NCBI GenBank assembly: GCA_020891255.1
Contig: BQFW01000012.1
Coordinates: 248,001 to 312,000, forward strand
Direction: 5' to 3'
Source: Entomortierella parvispora E1425
Lineage: Eukaryota; Fungi; Mortierellomycota
DNA: 64,000 bases
Below the pieces are notes generated by a model that saw nothing but the letters and a program-made list of their open reading frames with translations, ran no database searches and was not told where the DNA came from. Shown here piece by piece: positions 1 through 11,283 of the stretch; the stretch's first letter is position 1, and each line of letters opens with the position of its first letter. The position numbers were made by a program, and so were the translations under genes.

Positions 1-2943
1 GGAGAACTCTCTGTGATTACTGGACCTACTGGAAGCGGAAAGACCTCGCTGTTGTTGTCACTCCTGGGAGAGATTAACCCTGTGAAAGGCCAGGCCTTCC
101 TTCCCCGACGCGACTCGCACGATATCAACCCTGTGACTGGTTTGACCAACGGAATTGCATATGTTGCTCAGCAGGCCTGGCTCCAGAACAACACTGTCCG
201 TAACAACATCCTGTTCGGCTCTCCCTTTGAACAGCGCCGCTATGACCAGGTTGTTGAGATGTGTGCCCTCAAACGCGACTTTGAGATCTTGGAGCATGGC
301 GACGAGACCGAGATTGGTGAGCGAGGCATTACTCTTTCCGGTGGCCAGAAGCAGCGCATTGCCCTTGCTCGTGCCATCTATTCTCGTGCCGGCCATATTT
401 TGCTCGATGATTGTCTCTCCGCTGTGGATGCTCACACTGCCAAATGGTTGTTTGCCAAGTGTTTGATGGGTCCTTTGATGCAAGGTCGTACTCGCATCCT
501 CGTTACGCATGCTGTCTCGCTTACACTCCGTGGCGCCGCCCATGTCGTTGTTCTCCGTAATGGAACCGTTGTTGCCAGCGGTACTTCTGCCCAGGTGTTT
601 GAATCCGGTATCCTTGGCGATGATGTTACGAATGAGGAGCAAATCATGGATGATCTCCCTACCACCATGATGACCGCCGACGATCGTACGGTTTCTGCTA
701 TGGACGATAATGAAGATGATAACGGTGCTGGATCCTCATCCGTGTCCTTGACCGCCGCTGGAAAGAAGAAGAGAAAGAACGGAGCCGAAAGCGACGACGC
801 CTCTACGGACTCCACCATCCCTGTGAAAGAAAAGAAGAAGCTCATGGAGGACGAAGGAAAGACAGATGGATCTGTCTCCTGGGGTGTTTACCAGCTCTAC
901 TTCGGATCTATGGGTGGAATTCCCTACTGGATCTTCCTCATGTCCGCCTTCATCTTTATGCAAATCTTCCAAGTTGCTTCTGATACCTGGCTGCGATTCT
1001 GGGCTGGCGCCAGTGAACGTGACAACGGTCTTCAGACCTCCGCCAGCTTTGCTGCCATGTCGACTCCTTCTTTTGCCTCCGAGGCTTCCAGCGTTGCTAC
1101 CAACATGTCGGGACTTTTGATGTCGTTTGCCTGCCAATACCGCGGGGATCACACTTACTTTGGTGGCAACCCAGCCCGCAACTGTCGTCAGGAGATCTTT
1201 GACACTCGCCAACCCATGAGCCCCCTGTCTGCCCTGGATTACCAGTCCGAGCAAGCCGCTGGATTTTCCGCCTTCTCAAAACCAGCTGGTGAGGTTGGAG
1301 ACCTGAACTACTACTTGGGTATCTACGCTCTTCTCTCTTTCGCCTACATCTTTACTATCATGTGCCGCCAAGCTGTCCAGTACCGTGGATCAATATCCGC
1401 GTCTCGTTCACTCCATCGTCGTCTTCTCTCCCAGATCCTGAACTCGCCTGTCCGTTTCTTTGACACGACGCCCTTGGGACGCATCATGAACCGCTTTACA
1501 AAGGATATCGAGACTGTTGACCAGGAAGTTGCTCCCATCGCCTCAAACTTGATGTTTGATCTTCTCGGAACATTAACGGTCGTGATAGTCATCTCAGTGG
1601 TCACACCCAAGTTCTTGATACCTGCCGCCTTGATTTCTATCCTTTTTGTGATCATGGCTATCCTTTATCTGCGCTCATCTCGTGAGCTGAAGCGCATCGA
1701 GTCTGTAAACAAGTCGCCCATCTTTTCTCATTTCGGCGAGTCGCTGTCCGGCGTCGCCACTATCCGCGCCTATGGCGAAGAGAAGAGATTCCAGCATGAG
1801 AACTTGGAGTTGATGGATGAGCACAACCGTCCCTTCTTTTACCTTTGGGTTTGCAACCGCTGGTTGTCGATCCGCGTGGATTTGCTCAGCGCTATGGTTT
1901 CCTTCTTTGCCGGTCTCTTGATTCTCTTGAACCGTGAGAACATTGATGCTGGTGCTGCTGGTATCTCGCTCTCATACTCTCTGACATTTACGGATCATAT
2001 CTTATGGTTGGTCCGTCTTTATTCCAACAACGAGATGAACATGAACTCTGTCGAACGTATCCGCGAATACATGGATCTTCCTCAAGAGCCCCCAGCAGTT
2101 ATTGAGGGATCGCGCCCCCCACCTGGCTGGCCCAACAATGGTGAGATTGAGGTTGAGAACTTGGTGATGCAGTACTCACCCGAGGATCCTGCTGTTATCC
2201 GCGACGTCTCGTTCCATGTGTCGCCTCGTGAGAAGATCGGAATTGTGGGTCGTACAGGAGCTGGCAAATCAACGTTGGCGGTTGCGTTCTTCCGATTCAT
2301 GGAGTTGACTGCAGGAAAGATCACAGTGGATGGCATTGATATCTCAAAGTTGGGTGTCCACGACTTGCGTTCATCTTTGACGATCATCCCTCAGGATCCC
2401 GTCTTGTTCATCGGTACCATCCGCTCCAACTTGGATCCTTTCAACGAGCACGACGATGCTGCCCTCTGGGCCACCTTGAAACGCGTGCACCTCATCTCTG
2501 AGGACGGTACTGAGGCCAACAACTCGTTTGGCAACCTGGACAGTGAGGTTCATGAGAACGGCAACAATTTTTCACAGGGTCAGCGTCAATTGATTGGACT
2601 TGCACGTGCGCTATTGAAGCAGTCCAAGATCATCATCTTGGATGAAGCCACTGCGTCAGTGGATCATGAGACGGATGCCAGGATTCAGGCGACGATCCGT
2701 GAAGAGTTCAAGGAATCGACTCTGTTGACGATTGCGCATCGTTTGAGGACCATCATCGATTTCGACAAGGTCTTGGTCATGGATCATGGACAGGTCGTTC
2801 AGTTTGATAGGCCCTGGAACTTGATCCGGGAAGAGGGTGGTGTCTTCCGGGGAATGTGTCAGCGATCAGGAGAGTTTGATCTCTTGGTCGAGATGGCGAA
2901 TACGGCCGAGAGGGCTCACCTTGCTACTTTGTCGCAACAGTAA
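1..2943 (+). CDS. ABCC/MRP-family ABC transporter (Ycf1/Ybt1-like), 5'-truncated by the window edge; NBD1-TMD2-NBD2 visible
   Basis: 976-aa ORF 13..2943. NBD1 has Walker A GPTGSGKT, signature LSGGQ and Walker B ILLDD. TMD2 has ABCC motifs (FFDTTPLGRIMNRF, RELKRIES). NBD2 has GRTGAGKS, degenerate FSQGQ and IIILDEATAS. The frame is open to the window start. Confidence 0.93.
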   Translation, partial: GELSVITGPTGSGKTSLLLSLLGEINPVKGQAFLPRRDSHDINPVTGLTNGIAYVAQQAWLQNNTVRNNILFGSPFEQRRYDQVVEMCALKRDFEILEHGDETEIGERGITLSGGQKQRIALARAIYSRAGHILLDDCLSAVDAHTAKWLFAKCLMGPLMQGRTRILVTHAVSLTLRGAAHVVVLRNGTVVASGTSAQVFESGILGDDVTNEEQIMDDLPTTMMTADDRTVSAMDDNEDDNGAGSSSVSLTAAGKKKRKNGAESDDASTDSTIPVKEKKKLMEDEGKTDGSVSWGVYQLYFGSMGGIPYWIFLMSAFIFMQIFQVASDTWLRFWAGASERDNGLQTSASFAAMSTPSFASEASSVATNMSGLLMSFACQYRGDHTYFGGNPARNCRQEIFDTRQPMSPLSALDYQSEQAAGFSAFSKPAGEVGDLNYYLGIYALLSFAYIFTIMCRQAVQYRGSISASRSLHRRLLSQILNSPVRFFDTTPLGRIMNRFTKDIETVDQEVAPIASNLMFDLLGTLTVVIVISVVTPKFLIPAALISILFVIMAILYLRSSRELKRIESVNKSPIFSHFGESLSGVATIRAYGEEKRFQHENLELMDEHNRPFFYLWVCNRWLSIRVDLLSAMVSFFAGLLILLNRENIDAGAAGISLSYSLTFTDHILWLVRLYSNNEMNMNSVERIREYMDLPQEPPAVIEGSRPPPGWPNNGEIEVENLVMQYSPEDPAVIRDVSFHVSPREKIGIVGRTGAGKSTLAVAFFRFMELTAGKITVDGIDISKLGVHDLRSSLTIIPQDPVLFIGTIRSNLDPFNEHDDAALWATLKRVHLISEDGTEANNSFGNLDSEVHENGNNFSQGQRQLIGLARALLKQSKIIILDEATASVDHETDARIQATIREEFKESTLLTIAHRLRTIIDFDKVLVMDHGQVVQFDRPWNLIREEGGVFRGMCQRSGEFDLLVEMANTAERAHLATLSQQ

Positions 2944-3209
2944 TTCTGTTAGGCGCGGTCCTTCTCATTCACTCCACTCTTCTTTTATAAACATTCAACT
3001 CTTTGCATATCCCTCCCTCCAACTCACAATTATCATTACGCTGTGTTTTCCTAGAAAAAATAAATAAATTGTCTTTCAAAAAAAGGATTGTGAACTGATT
3101 CTCCAGGGAATGAAAAAGAAAACAAATGGACCGCGACATCATCAAGGAAAGGAGGAAATGACAAAAAAAAAAAAGGTGAAAGTGAAAGCGAAGACAGGGT
3201 CTTCGACAT

Positions 3210-3672
3210 CTCTCAATGAAAGCTTTGTGGTACTTTTGTTTGATACGTTTTTGAAGGCTCATGGTCTGTGCAAGAACTACTTTTTAGAGCAAGACTCATG
3301 ATCATGTTTAAACACCATTCACCTTTGGTACCGGGAACTTCAAGCAGTTCACCGCGTCAGCAGGATTCGGACGCGCAGGTGGTCTTCGAGACCAAATTGA
3401 ACATCAAAGTCATCTGTGGCCTTATCAAGCGGTCCTCGAAAAGTATTAGCGAATTTTTGAAATACAAGAAATGGAGATCTCGCCGAAGGGCAAAAAAAGT
3501 GCTTGATGAGCTGCGGTCGGCCAAAGAACTCCTTAAAGAGGTGGAACGAGCCTCAAAGAGGGCACGATCCCTGGCCAATCAGGCCTGGGAGGTGGCGGAG
3601 GCCTCGGAGAGGGCGGAGAAAGACACGCACGCGATCTTCAACACCGATGGTAAGGAGGAGGAACTTGACTAG
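3210..3672 (+). pseudogene. Fragment of the decayed LRR-like paralogue family; residual ORF 3298..3672 (124 aa)
   Basis: 3210-3440 aligns at nucleotide level with the reverse complement of 22415-22640 (QQDSDAQVVFETKLNIK vs QQDSDAQVVFETILNIK). No recognisable domain. Confidence 0.4.
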
Positions 3673-3918
3673 AAAGAGAGCGACAGAGGTTGTGGCAGAT
3701 GCCGTCGCTTTATCAAGGTCTACAACGCCAATGAAAAGAAGACACGGCCGGCGAGATTAACAAGGATATGTCCCAGCGGATGACGAGCCTGTCAAGCAAA
3801 GGATATATTCGTCATTCCACAAACCAAGAGCCACCAGAGAAGATGAGAAATATCATCAGAAAAAAAAAAGATGAGCAGAGCATGTTAGCAGGAGATGACG
3901 CTGGTCTGTTGCGAAAAG

Positions 3919-5607
3919 AATGCGAAGTCATCCTCCATCTGAGTTGACGCGAGGCAGCCAGGTCGTGGTTGACAGGGGTTGGCCCGTGCATTTGCGAGGA
4001 AGGAAGAGAAAAAGAAAAAAAAAGGCAGTCGTTTTGTTGATTTGTTCTGCCCACAGCACTAATGAAAGAGAGAGAGGATAGCGAGGCAGAGTGCCTTTGT
4101 CGCAAGGAGGGCTGACAGTCTACTGCTGTTGTTGGTGATATTAAAGGGGAAAAGAGAACTCTGGAGAGACCGTGCCGAGGACGCCACCTAGTCGCGTGTC
4201 CCTCTTGCTCTCTGTGTCTTGCCGCATGGTCTGTCTGTCTGATGTTTCCCCCCTTGCAGGCACAGTGCTCGCTCGCTGTGTTTGTGTCACTTGCAACGGC
4301 TCAGCAAAGAAGCAGGGATGAAGAAGCACAGCAGCAAGGAGGGATGCAACAGAGCGGGAGGCAGGGTTCACAACATGAGCCATCCCTCCTCTTCCCTCGG
4401 TAAACCCCTCCTCACATCGGTTCGAAATCCAGGTGCCGTGCATGCCACAAGAGAGCCTTGATGACTTTTGACATTTTGAAGTAGATTTTATTATCAAAAA
4501 GAATATGGAAAGACCTGCTCTCAGTCAGTTTGGATTTGGACCAAACTGTGCAAGGCACGCCAACGAGCAGGCGGCAGGCCATCGCGCCCCGGGAAAGGAG
4601 GGTGCTGACGAGATTGTTGAGGGCGGAAGGAAGAGCCGAATCCAAATGTTATTCCAAGTCCTGTGTTGGTGGTAAGGTCGCTCTGTTGACTCTGATGCCA
4701 GCTCCAGATTTGATCCTGAAGAATAGCGAGTGTTGAGCACAAAGAAGCGGTACTGCCTTTGAGGGTTGTCCTGACACTGAAGCGATAATGGTGGACTGAA
4801 GAGCTAGGTGCCGTCCAGAAAAATGTGTTGACAGTGGGAATATTAGAGAGAGAAGGCTGAGGGCAAGAAGTTGCTGGCGGATGGGGGCGGACAGGTCAAC
4901 GAAAAGGATAAACAGTGACCCTGAAAACGGTTCAGATGAACACTGCCAGGGGCTTGACGAAGAAAGAGGTACGAGAGAAAAAAGGTGGAAGGCAGGGATA
5001 CGGAGCGACCAGGCGCCAAGAGGCATACTCCTAGTCAGGAGGCACCAAAGCGAAGGGGCACTCTTCGCGCTTGGCCACTGTTTCTTACCTTGGCTACTGT
5101 ACCTGGCCCACGGCACCTCAAGTCCTTCGCAGAGTGCCCTTCTCACTCTGCCAACCAAAGGCACTATCCACCCCGTAGACCAGTGGGAAATGGACTTTCT
5201 GGGTGCTTCTTCAGGGCTGAGCAACGACTATGAGAAGGCGCAAGTCCCTAACAAGTACGAGAACCAAAAAAAGCCGTTTGCAAGGAGAGAAAAAAAAAAC
5301 AGGGGGAGAAGGGTGGCACAGCAGGTAAGCAACCTGAGCAAACGCAACAGAAACATGGTGAGGAGATGAGGGCTGCGAGTCTTGGAATCTTACCTTGGGA
5401 CAGGACCTCTCAGTCTTGGCTTGGAAGAGTAAAGGAGGAGGGTGGGGGGAGTGAACTTGGCCGGAAGGGTGAAGAAGGAAAGAGAGAAAAGCCGTGCTTT
5501 CATTTTTTTTCGTGTACATGTACATCCTCGCGCCACCCGTCACGTGGGTGTACGCAAGGGCACAAGCGGCTCTCACCAGGGAAGAGGGAAAAGGGAAGAG
5601 AGAAGAA
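3919..5607 (+). repeat. Left arm of a 1,689-bp near-perfect inverted repeat
   Basis: Mirror ORFs have identical translations and a constant coordinate sum of 15202 (4141/11061, 4645/10557, 5224/9978, 5369/9833). Both boundaries were read base by base. Only one mismatch was noticed, near the inner end. Confidence 0.97.
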
Positions 5608-5919
5608 CTTTCAAAATTGGATCGGCTCTGGGTTTTGGACTTAAGGAACCGCAGACTGTTCCAAGACAAGGAACTGCTGCCGATCAAACTGACGCTTGAG
5701 AAAGCCGGGTGTCTGGATCAATTGAGGTCACTTCACAGGATAAGATGTTTAAGGGTTCCGTCATTGGTTCTGGACCCTCGGCAGATAAAATGGAAAGTTG
5801 ATGAGGCGCAATGGGTATTAAGGCACTGGCTCCGATTGGAGGAATTGATGTTTGTCGCTCTGGACGATGACCTGACAATGGCGCTTTTGAAAGAGCCCTT
5901 TGATTCTGGATTGCAATAA
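5608..5919 (+). pseudogene. 3' fragment of an F-box/LRR gene, paralogue of 7221..8888, truncated by the left repeat arm
   Basis: ELLPIKLTLEKAGCLDQLRSL...EAQWVLRHWLRL matches EILPIKLTLGNGGCLDQLRSL...EVQWVMKHWIRL of the 8888 gene. Similarity starts exactly at the arm boundary. Confidence 0.8.
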
Positions 5920-6161
5920 ACATTGGCACCTGCAAAAAATAAAATGAAATGAAATGAAATAAAAACTATTGATGTTGAGCGCTGGATGAAAGGACCTCTG
6001 CGTCATTGTGGGTGTTATCACATTCTCGTAGAAGAACGCCAAAGCGACTCCGTGATCAAAGAGGCTCAAGGATCGACGATCAGAGAAAGACGAGGCCAGG
6101 TGATGAGGTTGGGTCAGCGGGCCGTGTGGTCTTTCCTTTTGTTTTCAAATATACCACGGGG

Positions 6162-6905
6162 TTCTTGCTTCTTTTCCCTCATCGGCGCTATTGCCATCCC
6201 GCCCAGCATCATCCCCGATTGTGGGTCTAATTAACCCCGATCTGCGGCCCTGAGTATGCGACAACAAGAGGGCTCACAATCCAAGCACATTGCACATTGA
6301 GCTCATCAGGGCGTTTTTAAGCACTGGAAGAGGCCCTCGGCTGGATGAGGTACCCTTGGATTTCGAACATAGTCGTTGTTGACATCAGTGAGCTGCTGGT
6401 CAGCCACTCTCTCTCGCTGACGACGACGACGGGTCACGCACTCTCAAGAGGCTTTGTATCGGATCGGCCACAGAGCGACCTCTCGATGTCAGCTGGCCCC
6501 CATGAGAAACTTCTTGGTCTCGTATCGGTCGATCCTTCAGTCTTTGGCACTGAAATCTGTCAATGTCCCCACGTCCCCCGGCTCTCTCATGCCAGGTGTC
6601 CACGAGCAGACGATATTTTTGAAACTCCTGGACCTGGACGCCGTATTTTTGCACGACGTTGTCGGACCGATCTTCATCGCCCTCATCTCTCGCTCTGTCA
6701 GCACATTGAAATTGAAGTCCTTGCATACTGTCTGCGGGGCATCGCAGACGAACCCCGCAGCAGCATCAATCTTCGGCGCGTCTTCCCTCGTCTTGAGAGT
6801 CTCCATCTCACTTGGTCCCTGTACCACTCTCAACCGCCGGCCACTATAGCAACGCCAGCCCAACGCGACATGATCCAAATCAGGTCACAGAATATGATAA
6901 CTTGA
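6162..6905 (+). pseudogene. Degenerate LRR-like gene remnant
   Basis: Carries the family leader motif at 6162-6189. LRR-like strings (LQSLALKSV, STLKLKSL, FPRLESLHLTW) are split over two frames. Confidence 0.35.
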
Positions 6906-7220
6906 ACTACATGATTAAGACGGATCAAGGACAGAGTCGACGTGTCGCAGGGGAACTGATTGATAAAGACGCCTACAATATCTGCAGAAAGGGCATCGTC
7001 TGCTCTCGTTCAAATGACGTAGCGGCAGCAGGCTGAAAATCTGAAAATCAGCGAGGTTTCGGTAAATAAAAAAAATAAAAAAGCCATGCAACGCCTGTGG
7101 TTCATCTCTCGAACCCATGCACTCTATAAAAGACGATTCGCTGCTCTTTGCTCTTTTCATTCATCCCCCTTCGCGACAAACCCAGAACCACCATCGCTAG
7201 CAACGACAGTAGCAGCTCCA

Positions 7221-8888
7221 ATGTTGCCAAGCCCTCTTTCCCCATCGGACCCTAGTCCCCTTGTTGTCCCAGAGCTCCTTCAGGTCATTGGACATTTCCT
7301 TGACGACAACTCTCTGCAGTGCTGTCTTCTCGTTTGCCGCAACTGGTACCAAGTCTTGATTCCTCTTCGATGGCGTTCCATTTCACTCAAATACTGTGAT
7401 TGGGAATACGATGGGCCAGATTTACAATACGTCGAAGTCCATGCTCCTTTGATCAGGAAACTAAAGATCTCGGCCGTTAGTTATGGGAACACACCACGGC
7501 CATGGCCAGAAGACTCCGACTACGCTTGCAACTCCCAACAATTCCAACAAATATATCAAAGTCAGGTGGAGCAGAGGCTCAGGATGTTTGAGCTGACATG
7601 CCCAAATCTTTCAGTCTTGAATCTGGATCAAGCAAATGACTGTGAGCTATTTGCCTCCAGACCTTCTTTGGTCCCCATTCTGTTGAGGCATCGATTCACA
7701 GTCAGAGATTTAACCATTAGCGACTACTACTCAGACAGCCAGAACAACCTGCCGGGAGTCCTTGAAGCCCTAAAAGGCTTTTCTCGATTGGAACGACTCG
7801 AACTGGGTCATTGGCCGATGGGTCCTCTCAATATCTGGGCTATTCTGTACGAATCGCTCTGGTCGCGTATATCGGTCTTGGTGATGCATGGGTCCTGAGG
7901 GGAATTCTACCGCACACCGACACTCCACAAAGAAGAGGAGGCAGTCCTGACTTGGTTGCGAGGCTTCACAACCCAGAGTAACTGCTGTGTCCTGGAGATG
8001 CGGAGCTCCTTCTACACGGGACCGATCCAGATGCAACTCCAACTACTCTTGATCCTCAAGAGTCCTCATCTCGTTCGAATTATTTGGGAATGCTCTCAGC
8101 AAGACACAGCGGAGAGACCCTTGGCACTGCTCGCCTCCGCTGTTCGATCAGGGCAGTTCTCGGGAGAGCGGCAGGTGCGACTCATTTCCCTGGGTCTTGG
8201 CAAGTCGGACTTTCAGCTTTTGGATTTCCAATGTCTCCTAGAATCTTTGACAGGGTTGAAAGAGCTAGACTTGAACAGGACGAACTTTAACCGATCGTCG
8301 TGGAACGCCATGCGGGAACGAGGGCCCCAGCTTCGGAGGATGCTGACTGTACTGAACTTGGGTGATTGTTCCCAGATGGACGGGGCATTGGTACATGAGA
8401 TCCTTTGTGAAATGCCGAGTTTGGAGATATTTAAAGCAGACCATGTCATGGAGGACAACTTAATTCAGGACCCTCGACCATGGGCTTGCGAAGAATTACG
8501 AGAACTCTCAGTGGCATTGGTGGACGATAGGCGCAGGGTTGGGGTTGAGAATGAAGAGCAAAGGTGGCCACAATCACGACTCGTGCGCCAACTTTCAGCG
8601 CTGCACCAGCTGCAGGTTTTGGACTTCCAGATGGGGAACAATAGGCTGCTTCGAGATGAAGAAATTCTGCCGATCAAATTGACACTTGGGAATGGAGGAT
8701 GCTTGGATCAATTGAGGTCACTTCGCTGGATGAGATGTTTCTGGGCTCCGGGGTATTCTCAGCAGATTAATTGGGGCGAGGCTGAGGTGCAATGGGTAAT
8801 GAAGCACTGGATCCGACTGCAAAAGTGGGCAAATGTTTTCGAGGACTATGACGAGGACCCCCTGACAATGGCGTATTTGAATGAATAA
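7221..8888 (+). pseudogene. F-box/RNI-like LRR protein gene interrupted by a single in-frame TGA (7896-7898)
   Basis: N-terminal F-box VVPELLQVIGHFLDDNSLQCCLLVCRNWYQVLIPLRW, then LRR-like repeats (CPNLSVLNL, LKELDLNRT, LTVLNLGDC, LEIFKADH). ORFs 7086..7898 and 7956..8888 are in the same frame with no other stop between them. Confidence 0.8.
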
Positions 8889-9037
8889 ATTTTTCACAAT
8901 TTGATTGCTGCATGCCCTGAACTCGATGCTTGGCAAAAAAATCTGGATGTGGAATTGCTCTCCGTCTAAGACTGAATATATTACTACTGTACTAAGTGTC
9001 TGTTGTGTTTGGGCTAGGAAGAGCTGGCGCCAAGACC

Positions 9038-9590
9038 GTTGTGAAAAGAATGCGGAGTCTTGAAACGTTCGAGTCAATTCTGCCCTCCGCCGCGTCTCTC
9101 AGCTTGGTAATCATCCTCCATCTCGGCAACCACTGACACGAGGCAGCCAATGTCGCGGTTGACCTCGGGTGGCCCGTGCATTTGCGAGAGAGGGAAAAGA
9201 AAAAAAAGTGATCCTTTGTTGATTTTGTTCTCCCCACTGCACTGAACTGATGAAAGAGAGAAGGGACAGGGCAGAGTGTCTTTGATGCAAGGAGGGATGA
9301 CAGTCTACTGCTGCTGTTGGTGATATTAACGGGAGAGAGAGAACTCTGGAGAGACCGGACCGAGGACGCCGCCTAGTCGCGTGTCCCTCTTGCTCGCTGT
9401 GTCTTGTCGCATGGTCTATCTGTATGATGTTTCCCCACTTGCAGGCACAGTGCTCGCTCGCTGTGCTTGTGTCACTTGCATCGGCTCAGCAAAGAAGCAG
9501 GGATAAAGAAGCACAGCAGCAAGGAGGGATGCAACAGAGCGGGAGGCAGGGTTCACAACATGAGCCATTCCTTCTCTTCCCCCGGTGAAG
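9038..9590 (+). repeat. Older, diverged direct copy of about 3907-4405, abutting the right arm
   Basis: Long shared blocks (e.g. ggcccgtgcatttgcgag, gagaactctggagagaccg, cacagtgctcgctcgctgtg, gggaggcagggttcacaacatgagcca) with scattered substitutions and indels. Confidence 0.9.
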
Positions 9591-9594
9591 GCTC

Positions 9595-11283
9595 TTCTTC
9601 TCTCTTCCTTTTTCCCTCTTCCCTGGTGAGAGCCGCTTGTGCCCTTGCGTACACCCACGTGACGGGTGGCGCGAGGATGTACATGTACACGAAAAAAAAT
9701 GAAAGCACGGCTTTTCTCTCTTTCCTTCTTCACCCTTCCGGCCAAGTTCACTCCCCCCACCCTCCTCCTTTACTCTTCCAAGCCAAGACTGAGAGGTCCT
9801 GTCCCAAGGTAAGATTCCAAGACTCGCAGCCCTCATCTCCTCACCATGTTTCTGTTGCGTTTGCTCAGGTTGCTTACCTGCTGTGCCACCCTTCTCCCCC
9901 TGTTTTTTTTTTCTCTCCTTGCAAACGGCTTTTTTTGGTTCTCGTACTTGTTAGGGACTTGCGCCTTCTCATAGTCGTTGCTCAGCCCTGAAGAAGCACC
10001 CAGAAAGTCCATTTCCCACTGGTCTACGGGGTGGATAGTGCCTTTGGTTGGCAGAGTGAGAAGGGCACTCTGCGAAGGACTTGAGGTGCCGTGGGCCAGG
10101 TACAGTAGCCAAGGTAAGAAACAGTGGCCAAGCGCGAAGAGTGCCCCTTCGCTTTGGTGCCTCCTGACTAGGAGTATGCCTCTTGGCGCCTGGTCGCTCC
10201 GTATCCCTGCCTTCCACCTTTTTTCTCTCGTACCTCTTTCTTCGTCAAGCCCCTGGCAGTGTTCATCTGAACCGTTTTCAGGGTCACTGTTTATCCTTTT
10301 CGTTGACCTGTCCGCCCCCATCCGCCAGCAACTTCTTGCCCTCAGCCTTCTCTCTCTAATATTCCCACTGTCAACACATTTTTCTGGACGGCACCTAGCT
10401 CTTCAGTCCACCATTATCGCTTCAGTGTCAGGACAACCCTCAAAGGCAGTACCGCTTCTTTGTGCTCAACACTCGCTATTCTTCAGGATCAAATCTGGAG
10501 CTGGCATCAGAGTCAACAGAGCGACCTTACCACCAACACAGGACTTGGAATAACATTTGGATTCGGCTCTTCCTTCCGCCCTCAACAATCTCGTCAGCAC
10601 CCTCCTTTCCCGGGGCGCGATGGCCTGCCGCCTGCTCGTTGGCGTGCCTTGCACAGTTTGGTCCAAATCCAAACTGACTGAGAGCAGGTCTTTCCATATT
10701 CTTTTTGATAATAAAATCTACTTCAAAATGTCAAAAGTCATCAAGGCTCTCTTGTGGCATGCACGGCACCTGGATTTCGAACCGATGTGAGGAGGGGTTT
10801 ACCGAGGGAAGAGGAGGGATGGCTCATGTTGTGAACCCTGCCTCCCGCTCTGTTGCATCCCTCCTTGCTGCTGTGCTTCTTCATCCCTGCTTCTTTGCTG
10901 AGCCGTTGCAAGTGACACAAACACAGCGAGCGAGCACTGTGCCTGCAAGGGGGGAAACATCAGACAGACAGACCATGCGGCAAGACACAGAGAGCAAGAG
11001 GGACACGCGACTAGGTGGCGTCCTCGGCACGGTCTCTCCAGAGTTCTCTTTTCCCCTTTAATATCACCAACAACAGCAGTAGACTGTCAGCCCTCCTTGC
11101 GACAAAGGCACTCTGCCTCGCTATCCTCTCTCTCTTTCATTAGTGCTGTGGGCAGAACAAATCAACAAAACGACTGCCTTTTTTTTTCTTTTTCTCTTCC
11201 TTCCTCGCAAATGCACGGGCCAACCCCTGTCAACCACGACCTGGCTGCCTCGCGTCAACTCAGATGGAGGATGACTTCGCATT
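9595..11283 (-). repeat. Right arm of the 1,689-bp inverted repeat
   Basis: Reverse complement of 3919-5607. Identity stops at 11283/11284 (atgacttcgcatt|gcc vs atgacttcgcatt|ctt). Confidence 0.97.

Noticed and set aside
4419-4430. ggttcgaaatcc resembles a tRNA T-loop/B-box (mirrored at about 10772-10783)
   Set aside because: No acceptor, D or anticodon stems can be folded around it.
5181-5204. QWEMDFLG resembles the W.MDF.G motif at the start of LTR-retrotransposon integrase
   Set aside because: No upstream HHCC finger, no downstream D..E core, and no RT or LTR. The third copy diverges right at this motif.
4141-5644. Many overlapping 70-190 aa ORFs in both arms
   Set aside because: No domain motifs and overlap in all frames. 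Their duplication reflects only the DNA repeat.
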